36,796 bases of DNA from Seison nebaliae (Eukaryota). The translations under genes were made by a program, and so were the position numbers. Position 1 is the stretch's first letter. Each line of letters starts with the position of its first letter. Below, piece after piece: positions 9,889-21,200 of this stretch. The notes under the pieces are model-generated. The model ran no database searches. It saw only the letters and a program-made list of their open reading frames with translations, and had not been told where the DNA came from. The stretch is from contig JALJEE010000230.1 in the NCBI GenBank assembly GCA_023231475.1, forward strand, positions 1-36,796, in the 5' to 3' direction.

Positions 9889-12800
9889 TTATACTATTGA
9901 CGGTTCACAAGAGATTTTATTCCAATTCCCGTTTTTACTATTCGATTGACCATCGTCACAGATTGAAGGAATTAACGGAATTACATGTTCATTTTCATTC
10001 GCTTTCTTATTCGAACTGTTACTGCTCAACTGAAATAAATCGGTTTCTGTAGAACTTTCAGTCGAGTCATTCGAATTAAAATTTGGATTATTCATTTGTT
10101 TATTGGGCAAATTTTGAGGTGTAGCTTGTGGATTGTTGTTGTGGAAGATTTCAGTGAATTGCTTATTGTTTTGATTCTTATCGAAAATTGTGTAAAAATC
10201 TTTTGTAACATAATCGTAACAGGATGTATCGGAATTCTTTGAGTTGCAATCACTACTACTTGAATTGTTTAATTGTGTTTGAGGTAAATGGAAAGGTGGT
10301 GCATTAGCTGAGGTAGATGAAACTAAATGCGACATATTAGTCGAGTGATAAGCGGAGAGAGGTAGAACAGCTGGACGAGAAACATTTGGTTGAACTTGTG
10401 TATAAGTATGTGTATTCGGATTGTTGTCGATGTTACATCCTTCTAAATTCTGATTGTTATTTTGAACAACAACCGAATTCATTATTGGTTGTGGTACAAG
10501 AATAGTATTTCCATCTTGTGTTTTCTGTGGAACATAACTGACTAATTGATTCCCGTTATAAATTGTGCCTAAAGCAATTTGTGGCATTTTTTGTGGAATA
10601 AATGTCGTCCCGTCATTGTTTAATAGAATAACATTATGTGCCAACGGATTACCAGAATTATTCTCCGTTGATAAATAATTGTCGAGACTTTGAGTACGAA
10701 TAGTTTTATATAAAATTTGATTTTGATTAATTCCTTGATTTTCATTCGAGTTCTTATTCGACGAATCACAGGACTTATTTCTAGACTGTGTTCGATCACG
10801 ACGACTTTGTCTTCCTTTCCCTATCGAATAGAATTTCTTCAATCGACATTTTGATGTTTTGGAATTGTGATTTGTGTTGTCGCCATTATGGATGTTATTC
10901 GCCTCCTCCAACGAATATATTCCACTTTCATTTGGAGAATTTAACCGAGTTTGTAAAGTCGATACCATACCGTTCTGATTCCATGGTAATAATAGATGTC
11001 CGTTAATCATTTGCGGTTGTTTTCCGTTGAATTGTTGATTATTGCCAGTTTGTTGTGCAATGAAATAATTTGGATTTTGTTCATTTATAAAATTATTTGT
11101 TGTATCCATCGATCGATCAGCACCTAAAAGATTATCATGAGATGATATCATTGATTTCAATCGATTGAGTGGACTCGTTTTATTTGAGTTTTGCATTTTA
11201 TCCACTGTAATCCATCGAGATTCGAATGCTTCTGAACCATTGTTATTATTTCCTGATTCACAATCTTTATTTCGATAAGAACGTTTTCGTCGATTGAGGA
11301 AAATATATCCACTTAAACAGAATACAATCAAAGCGATTAAAACTCCCAATAATGTGCCGATGACAGTTTGGTTGAAGAAAATTGGTGTTTTCTTTAACTT
11401 TTCACTTTTCTCTCTATTTCCGATTTGATCAGCACGATTTCTTCGTTTATTTATCGATTTTTGAAATAATCTCAAATCATTATTATTAATTCTTAATGCT
11501 TTGTGCATACGGAAAGAATCGAAAGTCTTTTTAGGAAATTTTCCCACACCAATTCCTTTACTATCATTCATTTCAATTTCTGGTTTTTGTTTATTCGTTA
11601 CAGTTACTAAATCAATCGATGAAGTGGTAAGAGTCGGGGAAGAATCATGATTTGTAAATGGATCGATAGATGATGTTGGTAAATTGAATAGCCAAGTAAC
11701 ATCTTTCTCCTCATTCAATTTAATCAGACAAACTTCTTGGAATTCTTTATTCATTGAACATTCGTCGATATACCAGATAAATGACGATGATGCTTGCGTT
11801 GTCGATATATGATTCTCTTCATTATAGATGGCAAATAAACATAACACTTTCTTATTATCTATAAATGAATCATCGTTAATTTCAGAAGAAATGAGCGTGT
11901 CCAAATATTCGGCTAAAATCGGCCACCAAGGTTCCGGTTGAATTCTCTCGTCAGTTAATAAATTGAAGAACTCTAAATTATTCCGATTATTTTCATCCGT
12001 TTTAATCGAAAGACGAATATTTGTGTTAATCGGTTGACTATTATCTAAATTTCCCAATGTCATTTCTTCCAATAACTTTTCCGTTAAAATCTGATACAAT
12101 TGATAAGAATGTGTTATTGATATGGTATTCTTACATTGGTCGTCATTGGAAATTTTGTAGCAAAAATTCCCATATAAATTCTTATAATTCATTTCAGTAC
12201 ATTGATCATTATTAGAATGGAGTTCCAATAAGAAACCTCGTTGATTAATCACATTATCAGTGGCGAATTCGAGAACCGATTTCTTCTCCTTAGCAATTTG
12301 TAATAAAGAATTTTTGGATCTTGAAGAACAATATCGTTTGTTATTGATCTTCAAATAATCTTTGAAACAATCACGAGAATCTTCCAATTGTAATTCTTTC
12401 GTAATGAATGAAATTCGATCATTCGATTTGGATGAAGAAATATTTAATCGACATAATTCTTCCGAATTCGGGTAATTCATCGGATAATTTGGAGATTGTA
12501 AATAAACGACATTATCCTCTTTTGATTTATGATAATTGTTCAATGATTTTCCACAAATGTTGATGGTATTTTTCCTTGATAGACAATCGTAATCGAATAC
12601 GATGAAATTCGATTGTTTCGATGTTGATGATATTGACGCACAAGTATGGAGATACATCGATCTTCTTCTCAATTCACATGTCTGTTTTCCGTTACATTCG
12701 TCCGACAGATCCCACATGGGAGAAATGCAATCGTTCAATAAATCATATTCACAATTGTCATTATCAGGAATGGATTTGACACCTTCGAACGCCCAATTAA

Positions 12801-12945
12801 TATGGATGTATTGATCGGATGAACATTGTAACATGATTTCCATTACGTTTCCATTATCTGATGATACGCAAGCTAATTGTTGTTTGGAAGTAATTGAATT
12901 AATGAGTATAATGAAATAAATTGATAAATTCAAAAGAGTATTCAT
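9889..12945 (-). CDS. Type I membrane receptor: signal peptide, SUEL/rhamnose-binding lectin, CUB, degenerate C-type-lectin-like domain, TM, long disordered tail (1018 aa, single coding exon)
   Basis: Signal peptide MNTLLNLSIYFIILINSITS; SUEL cysteine pattern (C..LQC..IHI..A.EG..C...C...CNGKQTC..C..YDC); CUB (CG..LQSPNYPMNYP..C..L.LE..C..DYL.I..F.TD....RGF); C...CY...C...W...C...C block; TM VIGTLLGVLIALIVFCLSGYIFL followed by RRKR; ends EPSIV. Confidence 0.88.
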   Translation of the reverse strand: MNTLLNLSIYFIILINSITSKQQLACVSSDNGNVMEIMLQCSSDQYIHINWAFEGVKSIPDNDNCEYDLLNDCISPMWDLSDECNGKQTCELRRRSMYLHTCASISSTSKQSNFIVFDYDCLSRKNTINICGKSLNNYHKSKEDNVVYLQSPNYPMNYPNSEELCRLNISSSKSNDRISFITKELQLEDSRDCFKDYLKINNKRYCSSRSKNSLLQIAKEKKSVLEFATDNVINQRGFLLELHSNNDQCTEMNYKNLYGNFCYKISNDDQCKNTISITHSYQLYQILTEKLLEEMTLGNLDNSQPINTNIRLSIKTDENNRNNLEFFNLLTDERIQPEPWWPILAEYLDTLISSEINDDSFIDNKKVLCLFAIYNEENHISTTQASSSFIWYIDECSMNKEFQEVCLIKLNEEKDVTWLFNLPTSSIDPFTNHDSSPTLTTSSIDLVTVTNKQKPEIEMNDSKGIGVGKFPKKTFDSFRMHKALRINNNDLRLFQKSINKRRNRADQIGNREKSEKLKKTPIFFNQTVIGTLLGVLIALIVFCLSGYIFLNRRKRSYRNKDCESGNNNNGSEAFESRWITVDKMQNSNKTSPLNRLKSMISSHDNLLGADRSMDTTNNFINEQNPNYFIAQQTGNNQQFNGKQPQMINGHLLLPWNQNGMVSTLQTRLNSPNESGIYSLEEANNIHNGDNTNHNSKTSKCRLKKFYSIGKGRQSRRDRTQSRNKSCDSSNKNSNENQGINQNQILYKTIRTQSLDNYLSTENNSGNPLAHNVILLNNDGTTFIPQKMPQIALGTIYNGNQLVSYVPQKTQDGNTILVPQPIMNSVVVQNNNQNLEGCNIDNNPNTHTYTQVQPNVSRPAVLPLSAYHSTNMSHLVSSTSANAPPFHLPQTQLNNSSSSDCNSKNSDTSCYDYVTKDFYTIFDKNQNNKQFTEIFHNNNPQATPQNLPNKQMNNPNFNSNDSTESSTETDLFQLSSNSSNKKANENEHVIPLIPSICDDGQSNSKNGNWNKISCEPSIV

Positions 12946-15244
12946 ATTTCTTTTTTTAGAATAGTCGAATAATATTAATATTATTATGAATAGTATGAAT
13001 TGTTAATCATAATCTGAATAATCTAATAATAAATTGAAAATTAATGAATTATATAAGAAATGTAATTATGAAATGATTTCTAAAAGTAATTTGAGAAAAT
13101 TAATGTGGCAAATTATCAGTGAGAAGAGCAGTGAGAGGGGTCGAGAGAAATATTCCGTTTTCGATTTGTTTCGAGACGGAAACGTGACTCGTTAAAAGAA
13201 TTTCGACACTTTAATTCTTTACGAATCATCGTTCATGTAATCCAAATAAGGAATAATTAATTCGAAGAATTATAGTACGAGATCTCCTTCACACATCTGC
13301 CCTTTTTCTAACACATACAACATCATCGCCACTCCACCTAGATAGTGTTAGGGAGGGAAGGGTGGATTTCTAATAACAATGTGAAAATTGCTGCTTACTT
13401 TTCTCCTTAATAGTAAAAGTTTCACAACACCGACGAAAGGAGAAGGCGATAACGATTCTCTAGAATAATAACAGATGGCGACCTTTAATGAAAAGAACAT
13501 CAATGTTAATTCTCTTGAACTAATTCTCGATGGTCATCAGTTGAATCTGAAAAGAAAGTTTTCATTCATATCATTCCAAACTGTAGTGTCATATTCAAAA
13601 AAAGTTCAAAGAGATGGAGATCTTTTTATTCTACTATTCAGACAGACTATGTACTTCACTTGTAAAGAATCGAATGATGAATGAAAACGAACACAATACA
13701 ATATTCCTTGTCGATTTCGTACATTCTTGATAATTGCTGCTCAAATCTCAATGTTCTTTCATTTTTTTGCGCTAACCTCACCAATTGACGCCTATTGTAA
13801 ATGATTTCCATTCTAACCCATCATCGACACTTGATACTGTAATTAAACGATTAAGTCTGAATGTGGAGAAATGTCTGCTACAATTATCAGTTTAATACAT
13901 GAGAAATATTCTCATAAATATTCTTCCCCTTCCCTTCTACAATATTCTTTCGACAATGCGGTTTTTGGATGGAACTACTGACACTGTTCATTGAACTGTG
14001 TATGAGAATGAAAAGGATGAACAATTTAATATTTATAAGGAATTTGAAAATGGTGGAATCGGATTAAAATCTTGAGAATGATAACAAACTGTTTTAACAG
14101 AATTAAACAACAGAAGGAAGATCGAAGTGATCGATTGATCGGCATCACTTCCACAACAACATAGAGAAGAAATAGAGAGCGGAAATGAAGTGTGAGGTCG
14201 TGACCATTATCAAATGAACTTGATCGACCATTGGCGACGAAGTGGAATCGTCACCAAACAATGAAAATATCAGAAAGTAAGTTGGGGAAAATATCAGATA
14301 ATTCTTCCACCCGACCAACCTACTCAAACTATTATTGTTTAATGGACTTGTCTAATGTATTAGAAGAGAAGTTGAAGAAAAGAAACGAATGTTGACCGGC
14401 TTTCCTATCTATCATATGAATTATAAATTCGACATGAAAGGTGGGACAATGAAACTTTATTATTTATTCATTTCTCCATGTTAACCTTCATTCAATTTGG
14501 TCGCGGTATATTCTTAATGATTATGTTGATTTAATCGATACCGAAAAAGAAAAGGAAAACGACTCATTATATTTTTGGGAGAGCTGATGATAAGAAAAGG
14601 AATGAATTAGAGAAGAAATGTAGAAGACATTTTGAGGTAAACATTTTTCCCGAATAAACTTTCCATTGTCCGCCATTTAATGAGGTAGTAGAATTATAAG
14701 GAAGATTAATGGAATGTTATGGAATTCCTGCTGAAGTGAAGTCGAATCGAAAAAGAAGAAGATTATTGTAAGAAGTATGGCGTCAAATATTTCAAGCAAG
14801 TGAGAGAACCTTGACATATGGAAAGAAGGAGAAAGTTTTTTTTTAAATTATTAACTGAAAAAAAGAACGAAGTTACTCAATCCATTTCTGTCGATTAATA
14901 TCAACTTTCGGTTTGGAAGTGCTCGGATTATTTTCGGTTCTTCTTATTAGTAGTAGTATCGGCATTTCAACTACCATATACATGAGAAGATGAGCATTGA
15001 TGCATATGAGTATTAATTAAGTCGATACAAATCGAAAAATGTGCGATGGAAGAAAAAAAGCTGTCGGTTGTACAACATAAGCTTCAGCTTACACTACTTA
15101 AATCTTGACTTTATTAATCATACTTCAGTCGACGAAGAGAAAGAAGTGATTGGGGGAGAATGACAAAGAAAGAAGATGAACTATTATTCTTAACGATTTT
15201 TCGAAAGTTGCCTATCTTCTTACTCATCCGACGATTATCAAACA

Positions 15245-15272
15245 GAAGAAGAAGAAGAAGACGAAGAAGAAG
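15245..15272. repeat. (GAA)n microsatellite
   Basis: gaagaagaagaagaagacgaagaagaag. Confidence 0.8.
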
Positions 15273-18200
15273 TCCAATTTGTAATATTTCCTATTGCTCT
15301 TCCTACTTTTCCTCCTTCTTAAGTAATGAGAAGCGGTAAAAGTCTTGCGCAATTCTTGCATTGTTGCGGTAACACCATCGATTCTAATCGAACGCATTTT
15401 GGAAATATGGAAATGAATGAAAAAAAAACTTCTGTTCTCGTCTTTCAAAGAATCGAATTAATAGTTTCGTCTTCTTTTAATTCAGTCATTATAATATCAT
15501 TATATAGCTGTATCAATGTGGATTGATCGCGACCGGCGATTATAATATGTCTTACTTATTTGAAACGGCTGTCGCTCATGAATGACGTTAACTATATCGC
15601 ACTAAAAGGTTAATTGTTTTACCGGCTGTCTGTCATTGGTAAGAAGAATTGTCGTTAACTAGAAATAGAACGCGGAAGAGAAAGCATAAGGATCATTCAA
15701 CCTAATCTAATTATTGAACGGCTTAACGATTACTTTTTTCTCTGGCTTTATTTTCCTTAAATGATCATCGTTTCAACTATACAAATCACTGCTTCACTTA
15801 ACGTAAACGATAGTTTATTCTTTCTTTAGTTATCTCTAATTTGAAAGTCCCACCAACAATTAGTGGAAATAAAGGTGACTTTGACAGATGAGGAAGCGGT
15901 GTATAATAAATAAGAAGAAAAGGCCGGAAAATGGTCTTAATCGATGTCATTCTTCTCTCCTCTCGATCTACGCAAAGATTCATTTCACTCATTCCTTCCC
16001 CTCTATTTCCTCAATAGTAACATTTATTCATCTTAATAATAACCCGACCCGCCACCATCGCCAACTACTAACTAACTAACTAAGAAAAATCGATCTTTCT
16101 GATTAATAGGAACTCGCTAAAAGAGCAATTCATATTTGCATAAAAACCTCATCAAAATGAACCTAAATTAATTATCCATAGAAGGAATGAGGAATAACGC
16201 AACATTTTCACAGTGTCGAATTAGAAGAATTCCTGTTTATTTCCTACCTCAAATTCTCAACGATAACAAATCAAACAAAAAAAAAACGAATGAAATTCTA
16301 GATGCGTAATTCTTTCACCTTCTTTTGTCGACGGAAATTTCCGTTCGTTGATTTCGGATTCCTTCTACCGTACATCATGGCTACATCTTCTTAGACGATA
16401 ATGGTTCTTCCATCCTCACAATCCAGTTGTGTCGAATTGTGTATTGTGTGAAATAGGAGGAAGATTTATGGATTTCGACTTTTTTTTTCCCATAAAATTC
16501 ATTCATTAGGAAAATGAATTTGATGGTTTCTCCTCGTTCTTTTTATAATGCAAAGGAAAATGTGGAAGCGCAAAAGTAAAACCCGAAAAGTTAATTTATA
16601 GGTTAATTAATGTTATCGTATTGGAATGGTAAATTGGAGAAAGTGGAAATCACAACATGGCATCAAGAAACGATGACTTGTTATTTTGTGATGAAATAAT
16701 TATTTAGAGTGAATCTCACCAGGAAACTTCTATCAATGAAAATAAAATTGTTAAAACAACTAAAATAGGAATTGAGTTGCAATCAAGAGAAATTCCTGTT
16801 GATAAAATCGTCCATTAACTCAAAACTTCACATTTTAGTTCACTTCTGTACACATCATTCGATGTGTTTGTATTGAACATCCCGAGAAGAGAATGTGGAG
16901 GGGGAAGAGAGGGTAAATTTAGTATTGTTAAATGAGGAACGTTGTCAATAATTGATGGGTCGTTCGACGATTGCATCGATCGTATCAAATGGACGATACA
17001 CACCGAAATGAACGTTTATGTTTTAACTTTTTTTAATTTTATCTAAAATAAATTATTATTCAACTACAGAAGAAACATCTCCAATTTCTCTCGTTCAATT
17101 ATCGTTCCAACATCTCCTCTTACATCAGTCCGATCATTCTTTCGTTCACACCAGTTCCAATTGACATCTTCCCAGAATGAACGAATTGAGAGAAGTTCAT
17201 TTCTCATGTGACATTATCTTTTTTACTTTAACCAAATTACATTGCACATCATTCTAAATCAAAGTTGACCGGTGGTCAGACAATCTGCTTTTACATGTGG
17301 TCGCCAATTTGCCATAATGGAACCACAATTAAATTAGTCACTTCATCTTATGTTACTAAAGAACTAATAGACTTGTACCATTAAGAGAAATAAATGTCGA
17401 AAAAACCATCAATCGATCGAGAGATAAAACGAGATTGGTTTGTAACATTTCGATGGTATTCGGATAAAGAAAATGGCATGAGAATTGTAGAGATGAATTT
17501 TAGTGTCTTTGACAAATAGTTCCCTCCTGACTCCACGGGTCACACACTACCGATATGCCAAGTGGTTAGTCTTACTTTCCGTTACCGATTGTTACTCAAT
17601 CATTCCCCAATTGTTCATGATTCCTAATACGATGAGTTTGGACAAGCTCATCAATAAATTCAATTATCGCCTTTAAATAATGAAGTAGTTTCTCATTCGC
17701 TTCTCCTCTCTGCCATTAGTTGTGGTCACACATTTACAAATTTCCATTATAGTCGGCGATATGAAAATATTAATATTAAAAAATTCTGTTGCATTAACAT
17801 ATGGAATGTTATAGCATGGAAGAATATATAACAGAACATTTTAGAAAATGCAAATTTATTTATGGTATAGAAATTGAAACGATTCATCGATTTTATTAAA
17901 TAACGAACTTTCCCAATAAATGAATTGAGTGAAATTGGAAAAGAAATGCAAGTTCACAATGGAATGTTTAGGTAATAAATAAAAGAATTTGGCAACTTCA
18001 ATCTGATTACTTCATTTCCAGTAAATGGATTACATAATACGAGTTAATGGAAAAATTAGATCGATAATAATCGTTGGTGTGTTAGAAGTAATTTTATTTT
18101 GCTTTTCTCACAACCTCATTCATTCATCAATTAATATCGATAAAAATTGAAATACAATCAACTTCCCAAACCGTCGGTACGTTCGGTTCGTTATCAACGA

Positions 18201-21200
18201 ATCAGTTAACTTCCTACCATAAAATTGTTTAATGGAAATAGAGTTTATGTAAATAGATGGAATGTTTATATGATAAAGGAAGATTGAATGCATTCCGAAT
18301 TGTGCGTATTCATTCATCTTTCAAATTCAAACACGTCAATGTAATGTGCACTAATTGTAGGCAATGATTGACGTAATTTGGAAAGTAAACAAAGTAGAAG
18401 GAAAAGAAAAGAACAATTCTGAAAAATATTTCCATTTAACGTATTCGTTGTATTCGAATAACTTCAGTGTTCGTAATCATTCGTATAACCTTTCATAATA
18501 AAAAAAAAAGGGTTCTATTGTATGTAGCTGTTGAATTTGGATAATTCGATCAGTTTGAAAGAAAAATCGAATTTATAAACATCTGAAACGATTTGGCATA
18601 AAACTACATAAAAAATGAAGAATTAGCAAATAAATGTCTAATTGTTTCTGCACCAACAAACATCTGATACATTTAATCGAGATTAATTACATTTTAATAG
18701 AACTACTTGTGTCACATTACAACTCAATTGTCGAATGGTAAATCGTCGAATTGGGGTAATGATGGAAAAATTGGAATAATGAAACTTATCGAAACTCCTT
18801 AAATTATCTCTCGTTCTGAACTGAATAAATTAAATTTTCAAGAAAGAATCAAATTCCGAATTCTTAAATCAATTTTATTCCTTGTACTTTCTTTTGGCAT
18901 TTTGCTTTTTGAAAATTTTTACTCCGACTAACATCAATTTCGTTGTCATTGAGAATGAAATTAGTTGGACATAATTTACATAATATCTGGAGGCAGATGA
19001 TTTGTGGGAAATATTTTTCCTAATTTATTTATCGATGTGATTATCGGGTCTGAGGAATTCCAATGGCCCTCGAATGATGATTGGAATTATAATAGAGGAT
19101 ACGAAATCATAATTAGTTCATTGGACAAATAATGAATGGAATATGAAATGAAATGAAATTCTTCAATTCCTTTTATTAGACGTTCTCTCAGAACGACAAT
19201 GAAGCAGGAATAGAGAAGGAGGAATGAATGGAACAATGTATTTCCCTTGCTTTCAAATCGTAAAATAAACAACATATTTTTTATATTCAAATTCTTATGA
19301 TTTATTTTCCTTCGTTTTTATATTTTCGTCTCCTGATAGTCGATCAGTCATCGAATGGAAGAAGACTTTCATTGAACTACAAGTAAATTGTGGAGTAGAA
19401 GGCGTAGGTCAACTTGTCAATGAAAATGTTGAAGAAGAGATTATGTGGCTTAACTCTCTGTCAATGAACTGATGGAAACCTTCGAAGGAACCTGATCGAT
19501 TATTACCTCATTTATTACAACTGATAAACAATCGTTGTAGAACGAAATGAATAGAAACAATGTCAATGATGAAGTCATATGTATTGGTGGAAGAGAATTC
19601 GTTTTCATCTATCAACCAACATGATTAAGAACTAGTGATTTATTTCACCATTTGGTATGGAGGGATGATGGAAATTAGTAAATAATTATAACTAACGGGC
19701 ATAATTTGAAGGAGACATCTCAACAAGCTCTTCATCCGTTTTTATTGATACATTAAATATCGATGAAGATAGAGAATGATGGAAGAGAATAAATTAACAT
19801 AGAAAGTGAACCAATTAATGAAAAATGGTTCATGAATCTTTAGGAAAGAAGAAGAAGAAACCGTTCATGGATACCAGCATAATAATAATTTTGACGACTA
19901 ATGAGGCGAAAGATAATTTTCATAGAAATATGGATGGTAATCAATAGTCAATAATATCGATTATATTGACGTTAAAATTTTCGTAGAAAAGAATACTCGA
20001 TTTTGATAATAACCTTCCTTCCTTCCTATCTGTCTTCAAATGGAACTAATGGATCATTTATCATTGAATCGATTGACATATGTGTATATTCACAATTTAT
20101 CTTATTAATAAGTTGGACAATGACGATGATACGAAAGCACCTGAAGTGATAGATAAATGTGACAATGAAATTTGAGAGGAATGATGATGACATTTTCCTA
20201 TTGTTCGGTGTTAATTGGACAATGTCCATTTGTCATAAAAACCTTCAATCATATATTTATGAATAAATTGAATAATGTTAAATTGAATCAACAAATTGAA
20301 GAAATTGATTGATAAATTGATAAATTATTTATAATAATTTTAAATTACTAATTTGTTTCTTCAAGCTTAATTTAATGGATTATTCAATCAAGCTTCTCCA
20401 CCGTTATTGATTGAACTCAAATAATAACAGTAACACGTTTTCTAATAACTAAATTTATTCTTTGTCGAATGTGAATGTGGTACGTAGAAAAAAATGGGAA
20501 AGGTATATTTATAATCGATCGAATTGTTTCGAGAGGAAATACGAATTTAACTATTACGACCAATGATTATTATAGTGGGAGGAATCGATTCGTTCTATTA
20601 TGGCAATGCATATTCAATCCTTATCTTTAAATAAACGTCTTGAATTTCTCCATTCTTTCTCGGGCTATTTTCTTCATGTTGACGTACTGTTCTCAGATTT
20701 CCTTCTTGCAAACAAGGAAGAAATACAACACAAAAGAATGTCTGCTACCCTCAAAGCATCGAGAGGCATTCGAGTCGACAATTCATTTTTCGTCATTTCC
20801 ATTTCCAATCGTCTCTGGACTATGTAAAAGAAGTCATAGAAAGAATTCTTTAACTTAAACGAAATGCTCAAACGAAGAATTCTACTTCATCATATCTCGT
20901 CAATAATAAAGGCGGAAAAGTCCTTAATTCCGGATAATGAATCGTTTAGGATGATAAGTGATTGCTGTGTTCGTTAGGATGTTCGATGCATCGATGCGTG
21001 AACCAATTATTAAATAACGACTAATCGTCCTCCTGCTACTACTTTATTGTCATCTGCATATCACGCGGTAAATGATCGGTAACCAAATGACTAGATCATT
21101 TGAAGAGACGATCGTTCGATCGACCGATAACTGATGAGATCTCTAAAAAAAATTTATAGTTTTCCTCATGTGAAATAGTTGATCGATAATTAGTGTTGTA

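Noticed and set aside
14681..14722. let-7-like TGAGGTAGTAGA
   Set aside because: Only the first 11-12 nt match, the seed end cannot pair with the downstream flank, and no miR-100 or miR-125 neighbour was seen.
21071..21108. miR-279-like TGACTAGATC in a short hairpin
   Set aside because: Stem is only ~12 bp with a small loop, too short for a pre-miRNA.
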